Below, one piece after another: positions 1 to 11,300 of a stretch of DNA of 64,000 bases. The notes beneath the pieces were generated by a model, which saw nothing but the letters and a program-made list of their open reading frames with translations, did no database searches and had not been told where the DNA came from. Position numbers and translations under genes: made by a program. The stretch's first letter is position 1. Each line of letters begins with the position of its first letter. The stretch is from Macrostomum hystrix (lineage: Eukaryota; Animalia; Platyhelminthes): assembly GCA_950097015.1 (NCBI GenBank), contig CATNEN010000034.1, positions 7,750,001 through 7,814,000 of the forward strand, in the 5' to 3' direction.

Positions 1-393
1 TCAAAGAAGGCGAATTTATCAAAGTCATACACTGCGCACTGCATTCGATCCACGGTAATAAAGGAGCTATCTAACGCAGGTTACAGTGTGTCTGATATCT
101 GCAAAGTGACTGGCCATAAGCAGACGCGAACTGTAGAACGCTACTTACGCTTTGGCTCCAGAAGGGACGGTGAAATGCGAGACATGTCGGTCAGCTTGGC
201 TTCTGCACTACACAAGGATGATTCCATGCAAGACGTGATTATGAAAGACTCTTCTACCGTCATGAGCCAGTCACTGATTATTTCTGACACGTCGGACGTT
301 GCTGGTGGGACGCCAAGTGATGACGCCAAGAAGAAGCCAACTGTGGTTTACAACTTCTACAACACTGTCAACAACTGCACGTTCAATTCTTAG
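1..393 (+). mobile_element. 3' end of a Crypton-type tyrosine recombinase ORF (5'-truncated by the window edge)
   Basis: Frame 1 is open from base 1 to the stop at 391-393 and reads SKKANLSKSYTAHCIRSTVIKELSNAGYSVSDICKVTGHKQTRTVERYLR. This carries the H-x-x-R, (T)GH and catalytic Y arrangement of tyrosine recombinase box II. It is followed by a low-complexity tail ending NNCTFNS, as I recall from animal Crypton/DUF3504-type proteins. Confidence 0.8.
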
Positions 394-1056
394 AGTGAGT
401 AATAGCAATGAACTTTTCCCATACTGAACTTCCAAATGCAGAACGCCTTCATCTTCATTCGCTTTCCCTGTCTGTGCACCTGCTAACCGTTCCTGTTACT
501 GTAACTGTAATCGGGATTTACAAAAGCCTGTGTAGGGACCGAAAGGACGGGGGGGTGTGGGGGGCAAAGCACCCCACGATGTGAATACACAATAAGCGAT
601 GTAAAGCATTTTCAATGACTTAAAACGGAAATCACTTGGGTCAGGCGTCTACACAGTCTACCTTGTTTACACAATTCCATGTTGTTCGTTCGTTGTACTT
701 GTAGCAGAAGTATACTTATTAAAATATACTCACTTTCCGTGCATTACACGCGTTAGACGCACGCTTGTTGTTTTTACTCAGATAGAAAATTGCCATAGAC
801 AACTACATTAGACGCACAGTAAATCGTGCATCTAACACGCGCCAGCGTGATACAATGTGGAGGGAGGAAAGAGAGAAGGGGTTAAAAATAAATCAAATAC
901 ATATAAATAAATTGTTTGCGTGCAGGAACGGAGAGTGTCATTCCTGCACGATGTCCATGTGTAAAACAGTGGAGATTTGGCCATAGATTATTTCATTCCT
1001 GCACGACTGCCTTCATTCTTGAGACTTTTTGTATTTTTTTAATAAACTCTGTGTGT

Positions 1057-1505
1057 TTAAAATTGAGTTTTAAATGTCACAATGTCACCATCGCTGATGT
1101 TCATAGAGTTATTCTGATTCACAATGAACCACATCTGACCACGATCATCGTCTCCTTTTCTAACGATGATTGTGATGCCGTTGCCGCATTGTGCGTAGAT
1201 CTCGTGATTATGGTAATAATTAGCTATTATAATCTTCTTAGAGCCATGCCTAGCGTCTTCGAATCGGAATAAGGCTGGCCTTTTGGTTGAAACGTCCAAA
1301 AAGAACTTCGTCTCCAATGTGAGCTTTCGATTGACCGGCTTGTATCAACTTTGACGCCAATGCGATTCCCAGTTTGCACATTCGTCAGCGAAACCAGCGA
1401 GCTTTGGCTGATGACTGCGCGTTTCGAAGCTGCAAGAGGCAGTGCTAGGCAGAGTGCCAGCAGGACCAGCGTCAGTAGGATGACAGAACTGCTTTGATTG
1501 GGCAT
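1057..1505 (-). pseudogene. Putative small secreted protein split over two overlapping frames (frameshift or assembly indel)
   Basis: ATG at 1505 gives MPNQSSSVILLTLVLLALCLALPLAA (signal-peptide-like) followed by SKRAVISQSSLVSLTNVQTGNRIGVKV. A second frame, open from about 1345 to the stop at 1057, continues with globular-looking sequence (YKPVNRKLTLETKFFLDV...QMWFIVNQNNSMNISDGDIVTFKTQF). No family recognised with certainty. Confidence 0.3.
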
Positions 1506-2309
1506 TCCAATTCAATTTCTGGCAGTTTCAATAAACGAACCGAGAAATTGGAGTTTGATTTGAATTTCTCAGAAGCTTATATAGAGCTTTTGTTTGATTG
1601 GAATTTTTAACGTTAAGCGCAGACGAGCAGAGAAAACTGTTTCTTTCCTAGGAACTACATTTTTACCTTCAGGAATGCAGATGACGTTGTGGTTGCGTTG
1701 CAATCAATAAGGAAAAGTTTAACTTGATTCACTCCTCAGGAGTATCTCCGTGCATGTGGCTTTGCTTCAAGTTGGATACATATTTTCAACTAAAATTTGA
1801 AACCGCTATCAGATACAGAAATTATTATTTCTTACAGAGAAGCACTGGTGGCGTGATTGTCGGCTGTCGAAATTTTAGCATGAGATTCGTCGATGTTTGG
1901 GATGAGATTGCCTGACGTTCAGCATTAGAATGCAGCAGGGGATTGGCTCGAAGACACGAAAACGAGACAAACTTTAAAAGCACAGGCATTGTAACTTTCC
2001 TTGCCTCAAAAATGCGTTCACAAGCACTTTTATAATTAGAGTCCTTGACTGAAAGCAAGATTTCATTAATTTACTTGGTTCAACTTTGCTCAACTGCTAA
2101 ACTTAACACGAACAGAGTTGTAATCAAAGCGAAATGGATCTTGTCTGACGCTAAGTCCATGTGGCGACCAGAAAAGTTACAAATACAACAGAAGGACCAA
2201 CTATAAAACAGGTTTACCAGTTTCTCCATGGCTTCTCTCTGGTCATCGGGGACTTTGCTAAACTTGAAATAATCAGAAAAGGGCGATACTCAAAACTGTA
2301 GATAAAGGA

Positions 2310-2690
2310 GAGAGGACTGTGAGAAGAATATCCAGGAACACATTGAAAAAATGTCCAAGGACACACTGAGGAAAAGTCAAATGACCCAATGACACTGAGG
2401 GGATTCCAAGGACACATTCAGAGAATGTCCAAAGAGACATGGAAGAAAAGTCCAAGGACACACTGAGGGGAATGTTCAAGGATACACTGTGTGAACGTCT
2501 AAAGACACTGTGGTAATGTGAAAAGACAGATTAAGAGAATGTCCAACGAAACAAAAATAGAATTCCAGAGGACACATTGAGAGAATTTTTAGGGGAGACA
2601 CAATGGGAATTTCCGAGAACATATTGAGGGAATGTCCGCAGACACATTGATGGATTGTCCGCGGACGCACTGAGGAAACCAACAAGGAGA
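2310..2690. repeat. Degenerate minisatellite, about 22-bp unit (GGACACACTGAGG..AATGTCCA), just 3' of RSL24D1
   Basis: Recurrent ggacac/actgag/aatgtcc words at roughly 20-25 bp spacing. Confidence 0.7.
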
Positions 2691-2718
2691 AACCGGAAAC
2701 AGGCAGTCCAGTCAAGGC

Positions 2719-3339
2719 TTAAGCGTCCTCCGTTTCCATAGCCTCCGCATCCAGGGACACGGCCATCTCAGCCTTGGATCGCAGCTTGGCCCGCTTAGCC
2801 CGAACCTCAGCAGACGCCTTTGCTGAAGCCCGCTTGTCCAGGCGCTGCTGGCGCGCCGCGGCTGCCGCAGCGTCAGCGTCGGCCACCAATCGTTTGGTCT
2901 CCGGATCGTAAATCTTTCTAGTTGCGTGCGGAGCCTGAATGAGATGCAGCTCGTGCTCAACTGAGCGGACATCAGCCAGGCGGCGCATCTCTGTGCCCTT
3001 GGCCAGGCGTTTGAGAATGTGCGACGCCTGGCGTTTCTGACGCACCTCAACAATCTTGCGCATAGCTCCCAGAGTCTGCGACATCGCCTCCCGATTGTAC
3101 TTCGGCAGCATCGACCTGCGCGCCTCGAATGTCAGGCTGAGATCCTGGTTTAAGTCTTTGTTGCGAGCCATTCTGTAGGCTTTAGTCCAACGGGTCTTGC
3201 GAGGATTGCGCTTCTTCTTGAAAGCCTTGTGACACTTGGAGCGGCAGAAGCGGAACTCGGTTGAATCGTTGCGCACGAAGCAGATGCCGTGACCGGGGTA
3301 GATATTGCTGGAGCAGAACCAGCACTTTTGCAGACGCAT
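2719..3339 (-). CDS. RSL24D1: Ribosome biogenesis protein RLP24 (ribosomal L24 domain-containing 1), intronless, 206 aa
   Basis: MRLQKCWFCSSNIYPGHGICFVRNDSTEFRFCRSKCHKAFKKKRNPRKTRWTKAYR is the L24e/TRASH zinc-binding N-terminus with RLP24-specific features (PGHG..FVRND, KRNPRK..WTKA.R, later KYNRE and KIVEVRQKRQ). The conserved start is the ATG at 3339; an in-frame upstream ATG lies at 3366. Confidence 0.95.
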   Translation of the reverse strand: MRLQKCWFCSSNIYPGHGICFVRNDSTEFRFCRSKCHKAFKKKRNPRKTRWTKAYRMARNKDLNQDLSLTFEARRSMLPKYNREAMSQTLGAMRKIVEVRQKRQASHILKRLAKGTEMRRLADVRSVEHELHLIQAPHATRKIYDPETKRLVADADAAAAAARQQRLDKRASAKASAEVRAKRAKLRSKAEMAVSLDAEAMETEDA

Positions 3340-4068
3340 TTCCGGCCTCGCTGCGGGGTCAAGCATTGGATTTTAGATCTGATTTTAGCTATATATATCT
3401 AGGGACACAACAGAATGTCTATAGATTTTGATTACACATCTTAGGATACAGCATTCATATGCTTATAATTATAAATCTAGGGCATACACATCCAGAGACT
3501 AAGTACAAATTATGCGTATCTACAGACATAGACTGTATATCTAGGGACAATTCATAGTAAATATCTATATTTAATGATGCATATTATAAGAATCAAGAAC
3601 AATATCAACAAGCAGTTCGTTCAAAGCCATTTCCCTTAAAAATTAGCATTCAATTCTATTTAATTGGTGCTGACATCGGATAAACAAGTAAATAATTTTT
3701 TGTTAAAGTGAACATAATTAAAAACTGAGAGTTATTATGAAGCATTGTCAAGAAAGTAGTTTACAAACACAAACAGAAGCAACAGAATGATCACAGCTAG
3801 ATAAAAAAATCTGGCTTTATATTGAATTGACACTTTTGTGTCGAGTGATCTGAGAATTTTCTATGCATCAATAATATTATACTACTAAGTATGGTCAAAA
3901 ATTTAATTGCTTGTTTATTTTTTATTGTTTATTGTTTTCTCTACAAGAAAACGGACTAATTAAACAACAGACAGCAAATAATAGGCGAGACATCTAGAAG
4001 ACTTATCGCAGCATGTAGCAATACGAAATTTTGGTGGCAACTTTATACCTATCTTAACAGTAGAACTA

Positions 4069-4586
4069 CCAGGGGGGGGGAATTCCCCCCTGACAATTTT
4101 TTTAGCTGCACCCGAACGGAACAATGCAGGCACACGAAACTCAAGAACACGGGCCAGCTTTTTGTTGCGCATCTTCTGAAACAAGAAACAAGTCGCCAGC
4201 TCTTCAGACCGTCGAGATATTCAATGTTTCTGGCCGAAGGTCCCATTTTTCCCATAAGAGCTAGTGTATTTCATACACCTCTATACACGAATTTGCACTT
4301 TATCAGCATGTCACCCGAATGTGCCTGCATCATCTCCGTCTTTGGTGGTCACCTACTTTTATCTAGACGGACTGCGGGACCTTCAGATGCAAAAAATGTG
4401 GAAATAGGCCACTCTGGACACCCTGACGCGAATTTCTAAAATTTCACTGCTGAAGCCTAAGTATTAGGCGTAGCTCAGCTACAGTACACCATCGCCTAGT
4501 CTGTCAACCATTCAGTCACCACCCTACGCGGTTCTAGCATTCAGGCGCTGCCAAAAATGTTCTCAGGGGGGAATTCCCCCCCTTGG
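4069..4586. mobile_element. Non-autonomous DNA transposon (MITE), about 518 bp, TA target duplication
   Basis: Left end CCA-G9-AATT-C6-TGACAA; reverse complement of the right end CCAA-G7-AATT-C6-TGAGAA, with weaker similarity continuing inward for about 50 bp. TA lies immediately outside both ends (4067-4068 and 4587-4588). No transposase ORF. Confidence 0.75.
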
Positions 4587-5359
4587 TATAAAAACGGGCG
4601 GCAAAATGGTTTGGCAGTCCTACTGTTAAACTGCACAAATAATATGGAGTAATTAACATTTCTAGAATCTCAAAACATCGCACCGTCGAGATATTCAACG
4701 ATCCTTGTCGGGGTGTCTGGTGGCAAAAACGAACAACATAGGATAAACGAACAATTATCAACAGAGTCTATGACAAGAACCGCTGAATATCACGACGATG
4801 CTGATGTCGGATGGCTTTCTTTCTACTGTTAACGGACCAGCTAACAGAATGTGAGTATAGTATAAGTAAACAATTATCAGCAAGCAAATATATACCACTT
4901 GTCGACTGTTCGCAAAACAATAAACAAACATAGACAAAAACTATATATGTCATAATTAGCACAATGTGCATTGGCAAATAGGGAAATTTTTAAGGAAAAC
5001 AATTGTGCTACGTACACAAAAACGGGAGAATTTGAGTAACTCAGTTAGTATATTGGGAAGACGGTAACTACCAAACAAATATTGGTCTTATCATATATAA
5101 TTATCAAATTCATAATGAATTATGCTGGCAAATTATGCTGACAAAGACACAGATAAGAATGACCCAATTCACAATCAGATGATGAAGCATTGAATAGCAG
5201 TAGGAAAATGCCAAGTTACTAAATATTTCAAGCTTCCAAAATCAAAATTATATTTTTTTTCAATTATCAAATTTTCCGTTTTTAAAATTGATTGATCAAA
5301 AAACAAATGAGCAAATAAGCAAATAAGCAGATTTTCTGCCTTTAGGAGGACAGATAAGG

Positions 5360-8300
5360 CTAAGAGACGGTGCAGACTCCATCAGACTGTCCCTCGGGTT
5401 CCACCGGGTTTACCAGCGCCGTCTCCGGCCTCTCAGCGCCAGCAGCATCAAGCTGATCGTCCTCTTCGGCTGCCGCGGTAAGAGAAGTCGACAAAGCCGG
5501 CGAACTAGGCGACGCTGGGAAGTCGAATCGTCTGGCGGAGCCGATGGGGGCCGACGGAGTCGGAGCGACAGCCATCGACATCGAGGGCGTTGGCGTCGAG
5601 TCATTGAAAACTGGCGACGTAGGCGCTGACGCAGCATCAGCCGCGGTGCTGGAACTGACACCACCGTTGGTCAGCGGCGGATTGTGCTGCTGTCTGGCAT
5701 CACTGCCGGAGACATGCTTTCGACGCAGATGGTCGGCCGATGAGCTCCGATTGATGGAAGCTGAGGTGGCCGCAGATGCTGCTGCTGCTGTTGCTGCTGC
5801 TGTTGCCGCCACCGCGGCTGCAGCCATCGCGGTGGCGGTTGCAGAATTTGATGGCAATGTCATAGCAGAGGCTGCAATGTGATCATTGTCAGCGCGACTT
5901 CTGCTGCCACCGCCGCCGCCCGTGGTCGACGATTCGCTTTTCAAGCGTCGACGAACCAGCATGAGCTGCTGGCGAGCCCGAAGGTCGGCAAAGAAGCTCC
6001 GATAGCCGGGACACTCGGCCTCCGACCACAGCGTCAGGAGCAGCAGGCCTTCCCGCAGGCGCTCGGCTGTGGCCGCATCAGTTGGCGAGGACAGGGCTGC
6101 CTCAGCGGCGGCGGTGTCGCGCAGGACGGCTGCCACTAGAAGTGCCCAGTCTGGACAGAAAGCCTCGTTGAACACCTTCAGAAGCCAGCGCAGCCGGGCA
6201 GCCATTCCAGGCGGTCCGGTATTGGCCAGCTCAGCAGTCAGCTGATCCAGCTGGTCTTCGGCGAAGCTGTCCGCCATCGACTGGCAGGCTACGGAATTGC
6301 GGCCATCGCTGCTGAGGTCGACGAGAGCGACGCCGCTGCTGCTGCCGATCAAAGAGGAGGACACCGCAGGCGACTCATCAGCGGGTACGAATCGAGGCTT
6401 AAGGAACACCTGCTTATCCTGCTGACTGTTTTGCTGCGATCTACGAGCCGTCGATATTGACGCTGCTGCCCCAGCTGACGATGGCGGCGGTGTTGGAGGC
6501 ATTGGAGCTGAGTAGGCGAATTCAGGGACACTAGCCGGCTCTTCAGCTCCTACAGAGCCAGAGGATGCGTCGTCGGCGGCGGTGATTGGCCGAATTGGTA
6601 GGGGCCATTTGAAGTCCAGGTGAAGCTTTTTTAAAGCGGTCACAAAATCCGTGACCCGGCCGGGACCCAGTCTGTGTAGAGTTGGGCAATTCACAATTAT
6701 TATTTCAGTTTCACTCAATTAGCAATGAAATCAGTGGACCAGACCAGTCGTACCTTTCTCGTCTGAGCCAAGCAACAAACTGATTGTTTTGAAATTCAAT
6801 ATTGGCCGCGAATCTAGCCAACTCGTGCACTCGATAGTGGCTTAGCAGAGTGCGGGCGTGCCTTAGAAGGATGCCATTCACTTCGTCCGATAGGTTGGGA
6901 AGGCCGATGCCGCTACTGGAGCCTGACGGACTTGAGATAATGCTAGCTGGGCCAATATGACTGCCTCCTCCGGCTGTAGCTGCCGCTGCTGTGCCAGAGC
7001 TAGTGTTCACTGCCAATTCGCCAGATACTGGAATGGGAAATCCAACTGACGATGATCCGATTGCAGAAGACGCCACCGCTGACGCTGCATTGGAGGCCGC
7101 AGTGGACTTCACAGCGGCTGAGTCTCGTTGAGCAGTCCTACGAATTTCAGTTGTGATTCAGTTGTTTATCAATTATGTCAATAAAACATTTGGCTGACCA
7201 ACAAAGCATACATTGTTTTAACTTCTGACGATAGGCTAAAACTTTAGAGTAATTACCCGCAATCCTCACCCCTCATTACCCACTACACTGTTTCCTGGAA
7301 CTCTAGGCCAGTCATTACCCACTAAACTGTTTCCTGGAATTCTAGGCCAGTCATTACCCACGATCCCTCTGCTCTGTTTCCTGGAATTCTAGGCCAGTCA
7401 TTACCCACTAAACTGTTTACTGGAATTCTAGGCCAGTCATTACCCACGATCCTTCCGTTTCCTGGAATTCAAGGCCAGTCATTACCCACGATCCTTCTGC
7501 TGTGTTTCCTGGAATTCAAGGCCAGTCATTACCCACGATCCTTCTGCTGTGTTTCCTGGAATTCAAGGCCAGTCATTACCCACGATCCTTCTGCTGTGTT
7601 TCCTGGAATTCAAGGCCAGTCATTACCCACTAAACTGTTTCCTGGAATTCAAGGCCAGTCATTACCCACGATCCTTCTTAACTGTGGAACTAAGCCTAAG
7701 TAAAGTTTACAATAAAAGCACTATAATGCACTGGTGTTCGATTTTACGTAAAATTTAGCACGTGAACAACACAAAATGCCGCACCGTTTATCGGGTCCAA
7801 CAAAGTGACAGGTGCAAAAAAAACATTGTAGAGAGCACTGCTACATTAAACTGAAATTTAAATTATGTCCGGCCTGTATTAGAAGCAAAGCTGTGTTAAC
7901 TATTAAAGCTCGAGTTTTAGAAATATTGAAGATGTAAGATATAAGTGATACGCTAAAATATAATTGATGATGATTTAATTGTTGCACTTCTTACATAGTA
8001 TAAGTATACTAATTTTATGTACTCTGAATTCTCTTATTAAGTCAATTAATTAAGTCGTCTAATCAAGTCACTTCTATTATTAAACTAGATTTCTAGCACT
8101 CTCCGCTCAAACTATCTTCTCTGCCACAACTCTCCGCTCATCCTATCTTACCTGCCACAACTCTCCGCTCAACCTATCTTCTCTGCCACAACTCTCCGCT
8201 CAACCTATCTTCTCTGCCACAACTCTCCGCTCATCCTATCTTCTCTGCCACAACTCTCCGCTCATCCTATCTTCTCTGCCACAACTCTCCGCTCATCCTA

Positions 8301-11300
8301 TCTTACCTGCCACAACTCTCCGCTCATCCTATCTTCTCTGCCACAACTCTCCGCTCAACCTATCTTCTCTGCCACAACTCTCCGCTCATCCTATCTTCTC
8401 TGCCACAACTCTCCGCTCATCCTATCTTCTCTGCCACAACTCTCCGCTCATCCTATCTTACCTGCCACAACTCTCCGCTCAACCTATCTTCTCTGCCACA
8501 ACTCTCCGCTCAACCTATCTTCTCTGCCACAACTCTCCGCTCAACCTATCTTCTCTGCCACAACTCTCCGCTCATCCTATCTTCTCTGCCACAACTCTCC
8601 GCTCAACCTATCTTCTCTGCCACAACTCTCCGCTCAACCTATCTTCTCTGCCACAACTCTCCGCTCAACCTATCTTCTCTGCCACAACTCTCCGCTCAAC
8701 CTATCAACCGCTCAACCTCCGCTTTGTTTATAGTAAGTCGCACCGTTAAAATAAAGAGAACAGTTATTTAACCAACTGCATGTTAAACTTGTTAAGGAAA
8801 ACATTAATAATACTCGTAGCTAAGAAACTACAATCAAGAGCAGTCCTGATTAGCTGTTAGAAAAAAATCGGATAAAAAGTTTGATAAACAGTTGAAACTA
8901 GGCATAAGCAACAGACAATTAATAGAGGAAACACGTATTATATGATTAACAAGGAACTGACTTCGTCTGGTATTGACCCAGGCGAGCAGCTGGCAGACCA
9001 TAAGATGCGGAGCTTCTGAAATTACACATTTAACAGTAATTAGGCCACTTATGCGTTTCGATGGTCATCTGTTAAACTGTGCGTAAACTCAGAACACAGA
9101 TTGATTAATATGCATTGCTAATATTACAGTAAAACAAAAAACAGTTGCATGCTTCATCAAAAGTTTATGATAAAATAGACCGTTACGAGATAAATATTTT
9201 TTTATACTCTAAGTTACTACTTATCTTGTATGAGTATAATATGTGAGGCTTGAAACTACTAGTATGCGACCATACTAGTTATTTCACCTAACTAGCCAAT
9301 CCAGTCACTCCACTAAATCAGCCAATCAAGTCACTCCACTAAATCAGCCAATCCAGTCACTCCACTGAATCAGCCAATCAAGTCACTCCACTAAATCAGC
9401 CAATCAAGTCACTCCACTAAATCAGCCAATCAAGTCACTCCACTAAATCAGCCAATCCAGTCACTTCACTAAATCAGCCAATCCAGTCACTCCATAAGAC
9501 CAGCCAATCCAGTCACAGCATAAGACCAGCCAATCCATTCACTCCACTAAATCAGCCAATCCAGTCACCCCATCAGACCAACCAATCCAGTCACTCCACT
9601 AAATCAGCCAATCCAGTCACTCCACTAAATCAGCCAATCAAGTCACTAAACCAAATTAGCCAATCCAGTCACTTCATCGAACCAACCAAACCAGTCACTC
9701 AGTAGTATCGCTGAATTGTATCTAGCATATGAAATGCCTTGAATGCAGTTTTATACCGCCAGCCTGGATTGGACACAAGCCACACAAATCCAGCACCTTA
9801 AATGCAAGCTTAATTTTGAAAAAAATCACTGCTTACCGCCTAGCAGCGAAAGTGTCGGGTCCATCCGGGCCGGACACTCCGGGCTGTCCAATCTTAAGCG
9901 GGCCAGACGGGTAGCGCATGGCGCCAGCATGATGCCGCTTTGGTTGGGGTGCCGGAGCGGCGGCGGTGGCAGCGTCGGCCAGCTCGGCAGGATCGATACT
10001 CTTTAAAAAGCGAATGAGGTCGCGAGCTAGATTCCAGTCCTCTCGATCTAACGCAGCGTCCAACAATAGGGTGGCGTGCTGCTTGCTGACAATGGGCTTC
10101 TCCGTATTCTCCAGGATCAGCAGATAGGAGGCGGCAGTCTTCAGTTGGCCGTTGACTAGGCTAACTTCGAATAGATCTTTGGGACTGCCGACATTGGCGA
10201 ATAGGTAGGGCCAGAGGGAGACTTCCGTCTTGCGAGCGCACCTGGCAACAGTGTCCAGGTACTGGGCTGGGAATTCTTGAACGAATGCCACCACGCGGGG
10301 TAGAAGAGGGTCAGGCACCGGCTCCTTGCTGGTGGCCTCCTCTTCTAGCACTTCGTGTAGCAGTAGCTCCAGGCAGTGGTTGAAGTAGGTGAGGTGTGAG
10401 CACGACTTGGCTATGTGCAGCGCGTGGTGGCCGAGGCTGTACGGATCGGAAAGAGAAATATATACTAGATCGTCAGTTCTTGGTTGGTAGACAGTGAGAT
10501 TCAGGCTGGGATAACATGGTAGACAGTGAGATTCAGGCTGGGATAATATGGTAGACAGTGAGATTCAGGCTGGGATAATATGGTAGACTGTGAGATTCAG
10601 GCTGAGATAATATGGTAGACTGTGAGATTCAGGCTGGGATAACATGGTAGACAGTGAGATTCAGGCTGGGATAACATGGTAGACAGTGAGATTCAGGCTG
10701 GGATAACATGGTAGACAGTGAGATTCAGGCTGGGATAACATGGTAGACAGTGAGATTCAGGCTGGGATAATATGGTAAACTGCGTGGAATATGTAAAGTC
10801 GACTCACTTTTTCCTCAGCAATTGTTTTACAATGTGATTAAGAAATATTTGACTCTGAAATAAAAAGAAAGTTTGTTTAAGTTAAATTGTTACTGTAAAG
10901 TTGTCGGTAAAATTCAAACTAATAGAATATAATAACAAACCGTCTTCTCGATCACATTGAACGGCATTAGGGCCAGAGAGGACACATTGTCAGACGAGCC
11001 AGAAATTCTGCCATGAGACAGTGTCAGACTGATGGACTGGGACACTTCGTTGATGCAGCTCAGGAACAGTACCTCCTCGAATAGGACCACTGTTGGACGT
11101 TATCGAGTTTTTTGTGCACAAACTCTTAAAATCTCACCCTCCGATGACAAACTACTAAAATCTCCCCCTCTGATGACAAACTGCTAAAATCTTACCCTCC
11201 GATGACAAACTACTAAAATCTCACCCTTCCAATGAAAAACTACTAAAATCTCACCCTCCGATGACAAACTACTAAAATCTCACACTAAAGATTACAAAAT

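Noticed and set aside
7275-7675. CRISPR-like look: constant 33-bp partly palindromic repeat with variable linkers
   Set aside because: Linkers are only 6-14 nt, recur and are related to each other. There are no cas genes, and the array lies in a spliceosomal intron. It is an ordinary minisatellite with variant units.
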